The notes under the pieces are model-generated. The model was not told where the DNA came from and made no database searches. It worked only from the letters and a program-made list of their open reading frames with translations. A stretch of DNA of 64,000 nt from NCBI GenBank assembly GCA_963728915.1, contig CAVSLV010000001.1, positions 1,344,001-1,408,000 of the forward strand, written 5' to 3'. The translations under genes were made by a program, and so were the position numbers. Positions 53,692 to 64,000 of the stretch are shown in pieces; positions within the stretch are counted from its first letter, which is position 1, and each line of letters starts with the position of its first letter. Source of the DNA: an uncultured Gemmatimonadales bacterium. Its GTDB lineage: Bacteria; Gemmatimonadota; Gemmatimonadetes; Gemmatimonadales; GWC2-71-9.

Positions 53692-54377
53692 CGGTAGCCT
53701 GCCATGTCGAGCTTGACCCCCGGTCCCATCGTACTGGAGACCGTCGCGGATTTGAGATAGACGCCCTTGGCCGCCGACGGCTTGGCCTTGACGATCGTGT
53801 CCATGAACGCGCCGAGATTCTCGGCGAGCTGCTGCTCGGAGAAGGAGACCTTGCCGATCGGGGCGTGCACGTTCCCGGTCTTGTCGACCCGGAATTCGAT
53901 CTTGCCCGCCTTGATCTCCCGGACCGCGCGGGCCACATCCATCGTCACCGTGCCGGCCTTGGGATTCGGCATGAGTCCGCGGGGACCGAGGATCTTGCCG
54001 AGCTGACCGAGCTGGCCCATCACATCGGGCGTGGCCACGATCACATCGGCATCGAGCCAGCCGTCCTTGAGCTTCTGGACGTACTCGATACCGGCGTAGT
54101 CGGCCCCCGCCGCCTCCGCATCCTTGACCCGATCGCCCTGGGCGATCACCAGGACTTTCACTTTCTTGCCGGTGCCGTGCGGCAGGACCACCGTGCCCCG
54201 GACCACCTGGTCGGCGTGCCGAGGATCGACGCCAAGCCGCACCGCCACGTCCACCGTCTCATCGAATTTCGCGAACGCCGCGCCCTTGACGAGCGCGACG
54301 GCTTCCGCGAGCGAATACACCCTGGTTTGATCGACCCGGGTCGCTGCGGCCTTGAACTTCTTGCCAACCGCCGGCAT
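53688..54377 (-). CDS. rplA: 50S ribosomal protein L1
   Basis: [35 protein letters not shown]. Confidence 0.98.
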   Translation of the reverse strand: MPAVGKKFKAAATRVDQTRVYSLAEAVALVKGAAFAKFDETVDVAVRLGVDPRHADQVVRGTVVLPHGTGKKVKVLVIAQGDRVKDAEAAGADYAGIEYVQKLKDGWLDADVIVATPDVMGQLGQLGKILGPRGLMPNPKAGTVTMDVARAVREIKAGKIEFRVDKTGNVHAPIGKVSFSEQQLAENLGAFMDTIVKAKPSAAKGVYLKSATVSSTMGPGVKLDMAGYR

Positions 54378-54802
54378 CAGTCCGCCACCTCCAATCCCAT
54401 GGAGCGCGCCGTGCCCGCCACCATGCGCATGGCGGATTCGACGTCGGAGGCGTTCAGGTCCGCCATCTTGAGCTCGGCGATCTTCTTGAGCTGGGCCCGG
54501 GTCACCTTGCCGACCTTGGTCCGGTTGGGCTGGGCGCTTCCCTTCTCGATCCCGGCCTCTTTGAGCAGGAGGTTCGCCGCCGGGGGCGTCTTGGTGATGA
54601 AGGTGAAGCTGCGATCCGCGAAGATGGTCACCACCACCGGGATCACCATCCCGGCCTGGGACTGGGTCCGCGCGTTGAACTGCTTGCAGAACTCCATGAT
54701 GTTCACGCCCTGGGGCCCGAGCGCCGTCCCCACGGGGGGAGCGGGGTTGGCCGCGCCAGCGGGACACTGGAGCTTCACGACTGCAACGACCTTTTTCGCC
54801 AT
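54377..54802 (-). CDS. rplK: 50S ribosomal protein L11
   Basis: [28 protein letters not shown]. Confidence 0.98.
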   Translation of the reverse strand: MAKKVVAVVKLQCPAGAANPAPPVGTALGPQGVNIMEFCKQFNARTQSQAGMVIPVVVTIFADRSFTFITKTPPAANLLLKEAGIEKGSAQPNRTKVGKVTRAQLKKIAELKMADLNASDVESAMRMVAGTARSMGLEVAD

Positions 54803-54871
54803 GCCTCTTCCTCTCTAACGAATTGCCGGCGCATCCGGCCCGGCGCTTCTGCCGCAAATGTCCGTGCGGTC

Positions 54872-54948
54872 GCGGAGGACGGTCGGTGAGGCCGGAGGGG
54901 TCGGAGGGTCGGCTGCCTCCGACCGCACTGACCTCACTGACCGCCCGT
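54872..54948. repeat. Nonamer tandem-repeat hairpin after the nusG stop
   Basis: ggtcggtga ggccggagg ggtcggag ggtcgg .. cctccgacc gcactgacc tcactgacc; same unit as 31591-31666. Confidence 0.8.
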
Positions 54949-55491
54949 CTAGTGCCCTCTCAACTGCAAATAATCCAGCTCCACCGTGGTCGGCCTGCCG
55001 AACAACGACACCGACACTTTCACCTTCCCCTTCTCACTCAGCACTTCTTCCACCGTGCCGCTGAAATCGGCGAAGGGCCCTTCAGTAATCTCCACCGCCT
55101 GGCCGACCAGGTAGGGGATCTCCTCCTTCGGGCCGGCGTCGCTCACCTCTTCGGCGATGCCGAGGAGACGATTCACCTCATCCTGCCGGAGCGGCTGGGG
55201 CAGCTTGCCGGGCCCCACGAATTTGATGACCCCCTGGATGCTGTTCACCAGGTGCTGGGCTTCCTGGCTCATGGTGGTTTCGATCAGCACGTAGCCCGGA
55301 TAGAGCTTCCGCTCGACCACCACCTTCTTGCCGTTCTTGATCTCGATCGCTTCCTGAACCGGGACCAGGGCCTGCCTTACCAGCTTCGATTCGGCCGGCC
55401 GGGGATCCTCCTCGATCCGCTTCTGGAGGAGCAGGCGGACCTTGTTCTCATGCCCGGCGGTCGTCTGCACGGCGTACCAGCGATACTCCAT
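54949..55491 (-). CDS. nusG: Transcription factor NusG
   Basis: [33 protein letters not shown]. Confidence 0.98.
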   Translation of the reverse strand: MEYRWYAVQTTAGHENKVRLLLQKRIEEDPRPAESKLVRQALVPVQEAIEIKNGKKVVVERKLYPGYVLIETTMSQEAQHLVNSIQGVIKFVGPGKLPQPLRQDEVNRLLGIAEEVSDAGPKEEIPYLVGQAVEITEGPFADFSGTVEEVLSEKGKVKVSVSLFGRPTTVELDYLQLRGH

Positions 55492-55506
55492 GTCGATCTC
55501 CCCGTC

Positions 55507-55752
55507 CTACCGGGTGAGCGCGGCAACGCCGTCGATCAGGATCTTGGTGAGCAGGAGGTCGACCAACCCGAGCACGATTCCGATGACCAGCGTCAGGATG
55601 CAGACCATCCGGGTCGCCTTGATCAGCTCCTGCTGGGTGGGCCAGGATACCTTCCCGAGCTCGGCGCGCACCGAGACCAGGAAATCGCGCCCCCGGCGGA
55701 TCGCCCCGACCAATCCTCCACGCCGGTCGGAGACCTGGACCTGCTCGCTCAC
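55507..55752 (-). CDS. secE: Preprotein translocase SecE
   Basis: ELGKVSWPT plus one TM helix; GTG start overlaps the rpmG stop. Confidence 0.92.
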   Translation of the reverse strand: MSEQVQVSDRRGGLVGAIRRGRDFLVSVRAELGKVSWPTQQELIKATRMVCILTLVIGIVLGLVDLLLTKILIDGVAALTR

Positions 55753-55901
55753 TTCGACTCCTTGTGCAGCACGTGCTTGCCGCAGCGGGGACAGAATTTC
55801 TTCCATTCCACCCGCTCCGGATGGACCCGCCGATTCTTGTCGCTGAAGTAGTTCCGACTCTTACAGTCGGTGCACTCCATGATGATTTTTTCTCGCGGCA
55901 T
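55749..55901 (-). CDS. rpmG: 50S ribosomal protein L33 (Zn-binding), absent from the ORF track
   Basis: Hand translation [50 protein letters not shown]. Confidence 0.96.
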   Translation of the reverse strand: MPREKIIMECTDCKSRNYFSDKNRRVHPERVEWKKFCPRCGKHVLHKESK

Positions 55902-55910
55902 CTCGTTCCC

Positions 55911-57113
<1,203 letters not shown>

Positions 57114-57130
57114 GTCCTTGATCTCCTAGT

Positions 57131-57221
57131 TCGGTCGGACGGTGGGGACAGTGAGGACGGTCGGACAGACCGCCCCTCCTCCTACCGTCCTCACTATCCT
57201 CACTGTCCTCACCGTCCGTCT
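57131..57221. repeat. Nonamer tandem-repeat hairpin between tRNA-Thr and tuf
   Basis: ggacggtgg ggacagtga ggacggt .. taccgtcc tcactatcc tcactgtcc tcaccgtcc. Confidence 0.8.
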
Positions 57222-57228
57222 TTCGTCA

Positions 57229-57301
<73 letters not shown>

Positions 57302-57332
57302 GGTCTCAGTCGACCGTCCCACCCTCCGTTCA

Positions 57333-57405
57333 AGCGGGCGACGGGACTCGAACCCGCGACCCTCAGCTTGGAAGGCTGATGCTCTACCAACTGAGCTACA
57401 CCCGC
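57333..57405 (-). tRNA. tRNA-Gly(TCC)
   Basis: GCGGGTG acceptor, TCAGC-CT TCC AA-GCTGA, TTCGAGT. Confidence 0.96.
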
Positions 57406-57407
57406 AA

Positions 57408-57510
57408 TCAGACGGAAAGACGGACGGGCGGACTGGCGGACAGTGTTCACTCGGCCTCGCGTCTCTCCTCGTTCTGTCCACCGGTCCGCCTGCCCGCCTG
57501 TCCCCCTGCA
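57408..57510. repeat. Octamer tandem-repeat hairpin between tRNA-Tyr and tRNA-Gly
   Basis: gacggaaa gacggacg ggcggact ggcggaca .. tgtccacc ggtccgcc tgcccgcc tgtccccc. Confidence 0.8.
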
Positions 57511-57511
57511 A

Positions 57512-57595
57512 TGGTGGGGGTAGGATTCGAACCTACGTAGGGCAGAGCCCGGCAGATTTACAGTCTGCTGCCATTAGCCACTCGGCCACCCCACC
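57512..57595 (-). tRNA. tRNA-Tyr(GTA)
   Basis: GGTGGGG acceptor, GCAGA-CT GTA AA-TCTGC, long variable arm, TTCGAAT. Confidence 0.96.
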
Positions 57596-57678
57596 GCGAT
57601 CTGCTCGCGCAGCCGGGGACACGGAACCCCGCTCATGGAAGCCGGGGTTCCGAACGCACTCTGCGCCTCCTGCGACAT

Positions 57679-57755
57679 TGGAGCTGACGGAGGGAATCGA
57701 ACCCTCAACCTGCGGTTTACAAAACCGCTGCTCTAGCCAATTGAGCTACGTCAGC
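57679..57755 (-). tRNA. tRNA-Thr(TGT)
   Basis: GCTGACG acceptor, GCGGT-TT TGT AA-ACCGC, TTCGATT, encoded CCA. Confidence 0.96.
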
Positions 57756-57784
57756 CAAAAGTCCGCAGATTATGACAGACTCGC

Positions 57785-57813
57785 AACTTAGCCTGCGTGT
57801 GGGATAGAGTCAA
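57785..57813 (-). promoter_or_regulatory. sigma70 promoter of the tRNA-tuf operon
   Basis: TTGACT-17 nt-TAAGTT about 30 nt before tRNA-Thr(TGT). Confidence 0.7.
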
Positions 57814-57834
57814 CGCGGGGGTATCGGGCCCGGA

Positions 57835-58827
57835 TTACCCTGCCTTGTTCCCACCCTTTTCGCGCTTCCGACGCCGGAGGGACCGGACCTCTCGAACCAG
57901 CAGGAGGGGGACGGCAAGCAGGAGGGGGAGGGCGAAATAGATGGCCCGGTAAAGAATCAGGGCCCCGAAGATACCCGTCACCTGACCGGATTCCTGTCGC
58001 AGACTGACCACCACGGCCTCAAAAACACCGATTCCGCCGGGAAGCTGCGAAACCAGACCGGCGATCTCTCCCAGCAGAAAGGCCTCGATATACCGAAGGA
58101 ACCCTGCGGGAATAGAGCCAGGAAGCAACGCGAAGAGGCAGAGGCCCGAAAAGCACCAATCCACCATGGAAATCCCGATCCGAAGAAGCCCCTGCCTGAG
58201 GGTGGTGGGCTGAATCCGATGCTTCCCCACCTGGATCACCGGTTTCCCGTAGGCCGACCAGACCAGAAACGCAGCCACCAGCGAGAGGCAGGCAACCCCG
58301 AGCAGCGCGGTGGAATCGAGGGGAAGAGGAATCGGGACCCCGGAAAGCGATCTTGGGACCAGGACAAAAGCCAAGCCGGTCGCGGTGAGAAGGCCGATGG
58401 CATAGGTCACCGTGTTGAATCCGACCAGCTCGGGGACCCGGCGGGTTGCATCCGAGTCGCTCGCATAGAAGCGGGATCGCACCGCGGCGCCGGAGACCAC
58501 GGCAAAGGGGAGCGAATTGGCGAAGGCGAACGCGGCGAACCCGGCGAAGACGGCTCGGCGCTTGGGAACCGGGATGTTCAAGACGCGAATTGCGATCAGG
58601 TCATGGGCAATCAAACTGGCATAGCTGATCGAGGCAGCAAGGAAGGCAAGACCAATCCGGATCGGCGAAGTCCGGCTCAGCTCATGGACGACCTCCCGCC
58701 AGGCGTGGTGCCCCAACTCCTTCCGGAGCACCAGGAACGCGCCGACCAGAAGCGCCACGCCGACCAGTCCGCCCAGCACCCTCAACCCGAACCGCAGGCG
58801 CCGGCGCCAGGGCTCCCTCAATGGCAC
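57835..58827 (-). CDS. Stand-alone MprF-type flippase / lysylphosphatidylglycerol synthase TM domain protein (UPF0104)
   Basis: SGAAVRSRFY, SQLPGGIGVFEA, LYRAIYFALPL; no synthase domain. Confidence 0.82.
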   Translation of the reverse strand: MPLREPWRRRLRFGLRVLGGLVGVALLVGAFLVLRKELGHHAWREVVHELSRTSPIRIGLAFLAASISYASLIAHDLIAIRVLNIPVPKRRAVFAGFAAFAFANSLPFAVVSGAAVRSRFYASDSDATRRVPELVGFNTVTYAIGLLTATGLAFVLVPRSLSGVPIPLPLDSTALLGVACLSLVAAFLVWSAYGKPVIQVGKHRIQPTTLRQGLLRIGISMVDWCFSGLCLFALLPGSIPAGFLRYIEAFLLGEIAGLVSQLPGGIGVFEAVVVSLRQESGQVTGIFGALILYRAIYFALPLLLAVPLLLVREVRSLRRRKREKGGNKAG

Positions 58828-58830
58828 GAT

Positions 58831-60354
58831 TCAACTTTTTCTGACGACTTCGACCGCGCCATCCTTCCGGTCCCGGACCTCCCACCCGTGCGACTGGAGC
58901 AGCGCGCGGATCCGGTCCGCTTCGGCAAAGTCGCGGCGGGACTTCGCGGTGAGGCGGAGCCGAGCCCAGTCTTCGGCCCAGCGTTCCTGTGCGGCGGACT
59001 CGGAAGGCGGAAGTTCGGGGAGGTTTCGCGGGGGAATCTGAAACGTGATCGTGTCGCTGAGCTTGACCTCACTCCGAAGCTCGATGGTCTGGGTACGGGT
59101 CGTCGTGGCCAGCACCGCATCGGTTTGTCTCCACGTGGCGAGGGCTCGCCGGCCCGGGAGATGGCCCTCGTCGAGCAGCCGATTGCCCGTGGAGACGAAG
59201 TCGAACACCGCCGCGACCGCCCTCGGGCCGTTCAGGTCGTCATTGAGCGCGGTCGTGAAGTCATTCTCGAGCTGGGCCGCGGCGCGCTGGAATTCTCCTG
59301 AGTCAGCCGACGCCTGGCCGCCGGCCTGCTCCAGCCGCTGGGCAAAGGCGCCGAGCCGGCGGGCCCCTTCACGGGCCGCGGCCAGCGCTTCGTCGGTAAG
59401 ATCCAGTTTCTGCCGGTAGTGGGTCTGAGAGATCAGGAGGCGAATCGCGCCCGCGTCGACGCCATCCTCCCGTAAATCGCGCGCGGTGGTGATGTTGCCG
59501 AACCGCTTCGACATCTTGGTCCCGCGCACACTCAAAAACTCCCCGTGCAGCCAGAACCGTGCGAACTCCGGCTCCCCGGTGAACGCACAGGACTGGGCGA
59601 TCTCGTCCTCGTGGTGAGGAAAGATCAGGTCCACCCCACCGGTGTGGATGTCCAGCACGTGGATTCCGAAGCGCCGATGGATGAGGTCGAGCGCCATGGC
59701 GGAACACTCGAGATGCCAGCCCGGGCGGCCTCGACCGAACGGAGCATCCCACGCGGCGCGGGCCGCCTCATCCTCGGGACGAGCCGCCTTCCAGAGAACG
59801 AAGTCCTGGGCGTGTTCCTTGGTGTACTCGTCGCTGGTTACCCGGCCTCCCGCGCCGGCCTTGAGCTCCCGCCGGTCGAGCTGCGACAGCCGCCCGTAGG
59901 CGGGGAACTTCGCGATCGAGTAGTAGACCGAGCCGTCTTCCCCCCGATACGCGGTGCCGTTCTTCAGCAATCCCTCGACCAGCCGGATCATCGGAGCGAT
60001 GAACTCGGTGGCACGGGGGTAATCGTGGGCCGGCCGGAGCCGGAGATAGTCCCGATCCTCGAAGAAGGCGGTGATGAACGGTGAGACCAGCTCCTCGACG
60101 GTGATCCCCCGGCGGGCGGACTCCTTGATGATGCGGTCATCCACGTCGGTCAGGTTCATGATGTGGTAGACGTCGTAGCCGCTTGCTTCAAGCCACCGGC
60201 GCAGGAGGTCGACGAACAGAAACGTCCGGAAGTTGCCGATATGGGCGTAATTCCAGACGGTGGGACCGCAGGAGTACAGGGTCACCCGGGGAGAGGCGAT
60301 CGGAGCGAACGGCTCGATGCGGCGAGTGAGGGTGTTGTAGAGTTGGAGGCCCAT
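58831..60354 (-). CDS. cysS: Cysteine--tRNA ligase
   Basis: YSCGPTV, HIGN, GRPGWHLECSAM, DIHTGGVDLIFPHHE, KMSKR. Confidence 0.97.
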   Translation of the reverse strand: MGLQLYNTLTRRIEPFAPIASPRVTLYSCGPTVWNYAHIGNFRTFLFVDLLRRWLEASGYDVYHIMNLTDVDDRIIKESARRGITVEELVSPFITAFFEDRDYLRLRPAHDYPRATEFIAPMIRLVEGLLKNGTAYRGEDGSVYYSIAKFPAYGRLSQLDRRELKAGAGGRVTSDEYTKEHAQDFVLWKAARPEDEAARAAWDAPFGRGRPGWHLECSAMALDLIHRRFGIHVLDIHTGGVDLIFPHHEDEIAQSCAFTGEPEFARFWLHGEFLSVRGTKMSKRFGNITTARDLREDGVDAGAIRLLISQTHYRQKLDLTDEALAAAREGARRLGAFAQRLEQAGGQASADSGEFQRAAAQLENDFTTALNDDLNGPRAVAAVFDFVSTGNRLLDEGHLPGRRALATWRQTDAVLATTTRTQTIELRSEVKLSDTITFQIPPRNLPELPPSESAAQERWAEDWARLRLTAKSRRDFAEADRIRALLQSHGWEVRDRKDGAVEVVRKS

Positions 60355-60369
60355 AGAGCGGGAAACGTA

Positions 60370-60452
60370 AACGGGCGGACGGGCGGACTGGCGGATAGCA
60401 ACAGGCGGACAGGACTCTCCTGTCCGCCTTTCCGCCTGTCCGCCTGTCCGCC
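60370..60452. repeat. Octamer tandem-repeat hairpin after the hsp20 stop
   Basis: Minus strand TAA ggcggaca ggcggaca ggcggaaa ggcggaca .. tgtccgcc .. tatccgcc agtccgcc cgtccgcc. Confidence 0.88.
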
Positions 60453-60896
60453 TTACTTGATCGTCACCTTCGTCTTCGCCGCCGGTTGGGCTTTGGGCAG
60501 CTTCACGGTGAGAATCCCGTCGGCATAGGAGGCTTCGATCTTGTCCTCCTGAACCGCGGCGGGGAGACGGATGGTCCGGAGGAACCGGCCCTCCTGGCGC
60601 TCCTGCCAGATGTAATCCTCGCCCTTCTCTTCCTTGCGCAGCTCCCGCTTCCCGGACAGGGTGAGCAGGGTGCGGTCCAGATCCACGTCGAAGTCATCCC
60701 GCGCCATCCCTGGGGCTTCGAGCCGGATGACGTACTCCTTCTCCGTCTCGGAGAAGTCCAGCGTCGGCTCCCACATGGTCTCCATCGTCTTGGGAGTCGT
60801 GACGGGCCAGAAGTTCGGTTCGAAGAACCGCTCGAAAACGCGGTCCAAGTCCTGTCTCATGGTCCCGAAGGTGGGTGTGGCTCGCATGATTTTCAT
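60453..60896 (-). CDS. Hsp20/alpha-crystallin small heat shock protein
   Basis: LEAPG, LTLSGKR, ERQEGRFLRTIRLP, ASYADGILTVKLPK; AAGGAGG SD. Confidence 0.95.
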   Translation of the reverse strand: MKIMRATPTFGTMRQDLDRVFERFFEPNFWPVTTPKTMETMWEPTLDFSETEKEYVIRLEAPGMARDDFDVDLDRTLLTLSGKRELRKEEKGEDYIWQERQEGRFLRTIRLPAAVQEDKIEASYADGILTVKLPKAQPAAKTKVTIK

Positions 60897-61003
60897 GGTG
60901 TCCTCCTTTGGCGCAGCGCGCCGGTGCAAACCTCTACTGGTTCAGCGCAGGGAATTTCGCCGATGGGGGGGTAAGACAGGATGAAACCTCTCTGAAAAGA
61001 CGA

Positions 61004-63505
61004 TTATCGGGAGTCGGCCCAGACTGCGGGAAGGACGCGCTTGGCCGCCTCGGAGGCGACGACCAGGAGAAAGGCCAACCCGACCAGCCCGCCAACCACC
61101 GGGAGCGAGAGAGTGGAGAACCCGAAGAAGGCGGGGGTCGGGAGCACTGCCATCCCGACGGCGATGCCGGCGATGGCGATACTGCTCGCGAGGAGCGGAC
61201 CGGAGGGCCCGCTCCGGAAAAAGGGCCGCCGGGTCCTTATGACGAGCAGGACCAGCACCTCGGTGAGCAACGATTCCACGAACCAGCCGGTGCGGAACTG
61301 GGCCAGGGGAACCGCCATCAGCAGGAGAAAGCCGAACGTCAGGTAGTCGAAGAGCGAGCTGCTGATCCCGAAGACCAGCATGAAGTTCCGGATCGCCCGC
61401 AGGTCCCAGCGGCGCGGCCGGGCAACCAGCTCCGGATCCACCCGATCGGTGGCGATGGCCATGGCGGGGAGATCACTCAGCAGGTTGAGCAGGAGAATCT
61501 GCTTGGGGAGCATCGGCAGAAAGGGGACCAGGAGCGATGCCCCGGCCATGGTGAACATGTTGCCGAAGCTCGCGCTGGTGGTGATGAAGATGTACTTGAG
61601 GGTGTTGGCGAAGGCCCGGCGTCCTTCCCGCACCCCCTCCGCGATCACCTCGAGATCCTTGCGAAGCAGCACGATGGAGGCGGCTTCCTTGGTCACATCC
61701 ACCGCGGTGTCCACCGAGATGCCGACGTCCGCAGCGTGGAGCGCCGCGGCATCGTTGATCCCGTCGCCCAGAAAACCGACCGAAATCCCGCCCGCCTTGA
61801 GCGCCCGCACAATCCGGACTTTCTGGTTGGGATCGATCTCGGCAAAGACCTCGGTGTCCTTGACCCGGCGACGAAGGGCCTCTTCCGTCATCCCGCGAAG
61901 GTCCCCCCCGGTCACCACCTGCTCGGCCTTCAGTCCCGACTCCCGAGCCACCGCCATGGCGACGCCGACGTTATCCCCGGTTACCATCTTGAGCTCGATT
62001 CCGAGGTCGCGGAGACGGCCGAGCGTTTCGCGGATTCCAGGCTTGGGCGGATCCCTGAACACCAGAATGCCCTGGAAGGTCAGGCCGGCTTCGTCGTCCC
62101 GTTTGGCTTCCGAGGCGCCCGGCAGCGCCCGGCGGGCCACCGCCATGCACCGAAGGCCCCGTCCGCCCAGATCCGCGACTCGGTGCCGGACCACCGACTG
62201 CGCCTCCGGCTCCAGGGTGCTCACCGCCAGCACTTCCTCCACCGCTCCCTTGGTGATGAGCTCGGTTTGGCCATGGTCGTCCACCAGCACGCTCAACCGC
62301 CGTCGCTCGAAATCGTAGGGGATCTCGTCCAGCTTGCGAATGCCGGTCAGATCCAGCGGCTGGCCGCGCAGGGCCCGATCCAGAGGATTCTCATATCCGG
62401 CCTGAAGGGCAGCGTTGAGACAACCCAGCCGGCGAACCGGATCCGAGGGGTTCCCTTCCGGATCAAACGCCGCATGAAACTGGACCGCACCGAGGGTCAG
62501 CGTTCCCGTCTTGTCGGTGCATAACACGGACATCCCCCCGAAGTCCTGGATCGCGACCAGCCGTCGTACCACTACCTGCCGGCGCGCCATGCGCCGGGCA
62601 CCATAGGAGAGTGTCACCGAAACGATGGCGGGCAGGAGCTGGGGGGTGAGCCCGACCGCGAGCGCCAGCGTGAACAGGAAGGTGTCGAGCCAGGGGCGTC
62701 GAAGGGCCACGTTCAAGGCGAAGATCACCAGCACGAGCAGGATGGTGACCTGGAGCAGGAAGACGCCGAACCGCCGCACCCCCCGCTCGAACTCGGATTC
62801 GGGGGGTCGGCGGGCCAGCTCGCTCGCGAGGGTCCCGTATTGGGTCCTGGGCCCGGTGACCACGACCAGCGCCAGCCCGGTGCCCGCCACGACATGCGAT
62901 CCGAGGAACAGGGCACTGCTCCGGGCACCGAGCGGCGAATCGGCCGGAACCGGTTCCACTCCTTTCGAAGCCGGGAACGACTCCCCGGTGAGGGCGGATT
63001 CATCCACGGCAAGGTCCCTGGCTTCGAGAAGCCGGCAATCCGCAGGCACCAGGTCACCGGCGTTGAGGGCGATCAGGTCCCCCGCCACCAGGGAAGCCGT
63101 GGGAATGTCCCGTTCGGCCTGGTCGCGACGAACCGTTGCGGTCACCCGGATGAGCGCCAGGAGCTCCCGCACCGCGCGCGAGGCAGTCCGTTCCTGCCAG
63201 AACCCGAGCCATCCGCTTCCCAGCAGGATCGCCAGGATGATGACCGCGTCGGTCCCTTCTCCCACCAAGCCCGAGAGGGTCGCGGCGATGAAGAGCAGGA
63301 CCGCGATCGGGCTCCCGAATTGGCGCAGGAACAGCCGGAAGGCGCCCTCGATTCTCGGAGGACGCAACAGGTTGGGTCCGTCCCGCTCGAGGCGCAGCCC
63401 GGCCTCCGTCTCGCTCAACCCGGATCTCGAGGAGCCGAGACTGGCCAGCAAGTCGTTGGCATCCCGGCTCCAGAACGGGAGCGGAACGCTCGGGGATTTG
63501 GGCAT
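61004..63505 (-). CDS. mgtA: Magnesium-translocating P-type ATPase
   Basis: TGES, LAVGLTPQLLP, DKTGTLT, PYDFERRR, TGDN, GDGINDA, SASFGNMF. Confidence 0.9.
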   Translation of the reverse strand: MPKSPSVPLPFWSRDANDLLASLGSSRSGLSETEAGLRLERDGPNLLRPPRIEGAFRLFLRQFGSPIAVLLFIAATLSGLVGEGTDAVIILAILLGSGWLGFWQERTASRAVRELLALIRVTATVRRDQAERDIPTASLVAGDLIALNAGDLVPADCRLLEARDLAVDESALTGESFPASKGVEPVPADSPLGARSSALFLGSHVVAGTGLALVVVTGPRTQYGTLASELARRPPESEFERGVRRFGVFLLQVTILLVLVIFALNVALRRPWLDTFLFTLALAVGLTPQLLPAIVSVTLSYGARRMARRQVVVRRLVAIQDFGGMSVLCTDKTGTLTLGAVQFHAAFDPEGNPSDPVRRLGCLNAALQAGYENPLDRALRGQPLDLTGIRKLDEIPYDFERRRLSVLVDDHGQTELITKGAVEEVLAVSTLEPEAQSVVRHRVADLGGRGLRCMAVARRALPGASEAKRDDEAGLTFQGILVFRDPPKPGIRETLGRLRDLGIELKMVTGDNVGVAMAVARESGLKAEQVVTGGDLRGMTEEALRRRVKDTEVFAEIDPNQKVRIVRALKAGGISVGFLGDGINDAAALHAADVGISVDTAVDVTKEAASIVLLRKDLEVIAEGVREGRRAFANTLKYIFITTSASFGNMFTMAGASLLVPFLPMLPKQILLLNLLSDLPAMAIATDRVDPELVARPRRWDLRAIRNFMLVFGISSSLFDYLTFGFLLLMAVPLAQFRTGWFVESLLTEVLVLLVIRTRRPFFRSGPSGPLLASSIAIAGIAVGMAVLPTPAFFGFSTLSLPVVGGLVGLAFLLVVASEAAKRVLPAVWADSR

Positions 63506-63614
63506 CCGGGACAAATCTGGCAGGGTGCGGTCGTGGGAAGCCCGCAAGAATCCCTGAAGAATCGTTCAAGCGGGCTTCACGGACCTTTCTTCGCGACGGC
63601 CTCAGGTTTGAGCC

Positions 63615-63971
63615 ATGCGAGCTCCAACGTCCGTTCCGCCACTTGAGACCGGGTTACGACAGGTCCTGGATCTCGAGGCGAAACTCGCCACCGATCTTGA
63701 GGCGGCCCGGGCCGAAGCGGAGGCGATCCGGAACGCCGCGAGGCAGGCCGTGGCCGAGGCCACCCGGGAAGCCGCGCAGAAGTCCGGTGCGGAGGCGGCG
63801 GAGGTCCTAACCCGCGGCGCCGAGCAGGGCGCCAGGGAGGAGGCCCGGGTCCGCGCGGACCTGGAGCGCCGGATTCAGGCGCTGGAGCGGCTCACCCCCG
63901 AGCGCATCGAGGCGATCGCCCGCGGACTCCTCCCCCTCCTGGTCCCCGCACCCTCTGGAGCGGGCCCGTGA
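63615..63971 (+). CDS. Probable V/A-type ATPase peripheral stalk subunit G(H)
   Basis: Ala/Glu/Arg coiled coil (LEAARAEAEAIRNAAR); overlaps the start of a subunit-I-like ORF. Confidence 0.55.
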   Translation: MRAPTSVPPLETGLRQVLDLEAKLATDLEAARAEAEAIRNAARQAVAEATREAAQKSGAEAAEVLTRGAEQGAREEARVRADLERRIQALERLTPERIEAIARGLLPLLVPAPSGAGP

Positions 63972-64000
63972 TCGTTCCCATGGTCAAGGTCCGGATTCTT
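63968..64000 (+). CDS. Probable V/A-type ATPase subunit I, N-terminus (truncated by window)
   Basis: GTG ATC GTT CCC ATG GTC AAG GTC CGG ATT CTT = MIVPMVKVRIL, typical NtpI start; only 11 codons visible. Confidence 0.5.
   Translation, partial: MIVPMVKVRIL

Noticed and set aside
54803..54871. L1-binding autoregulatory site before rplK
   Set aside because: Small hairpins are present but I could not match the L1-site consensus convincingly; needs a covariance-model search.
57622..57652. Perfect 10-bp stem CGGAACCCCG/CGGGGTTCCG between tRNA-Thr and tRNA-Tyr
   Set aside because: Single occurrence without a U-tail; most likely an ordinary precursor-tRNA spacer structure.
60897..61003. CIRCE or ROSE element upstream of hsp20
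   Set aside because: No TTAGCACTC-N9-GAGTGCTAA and no convincing SD-sequestering hairpin seen.

Overview
High-GC bacterial window, most likely Gemmatimonadota. The placement is inferred from the RpoC N-terminal insert [29 protein letters not shown] and the divergent EF-Tu switch-I loop. The core is the minus-strand transcription/translation supercluster: tRNA Thr-Tyr-Gly-Thr, tuf, rpmG, secE, nusG, rplKAJL, rpoBC, then rpsLG, fusA, a second tuf, the S10 and spc operons, secY, adk, map. About 7.4 kb of accessory genes sit between rpoC and rpsL: two Ig-repeat leishmanolysin-like lipoproteases, a coiled-coil membrane protein, a frameshifted secreted protein and a nucleotidyltransferase TA-like pair. 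The left flank has ggt, an orphan VirB10-like lipoprotein, ccdA, a TonB-dependent receptor, priA, a dipeptide epimerase, an unknown/ubiquitin-like/deacetylase trio, glyQS, a minor type IV pilin operon with a candidate sigma54 promoter, purA, a motif-degenerate PilT, trpS and suhB. The right flank has an MprF-type flippase domain, cysS, hsp20, mgtA and the start of a V/A-type ATPase operon. The most unusual signals are four: (1) a family of 7-, 8- and 9-mer tandem-repeat hairpins at 12 or more loci, often starting right at stop codons, that has also entered the rplD and suhB coding sequences; (2) a compact ubiquitin-fold plus HDAC module; (3) a probable pseudo-ATPase PilT; (4) a natural RpoB H526N-equivalent substitution. 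All assignments come from motif recognition by eye; no database searches were run.
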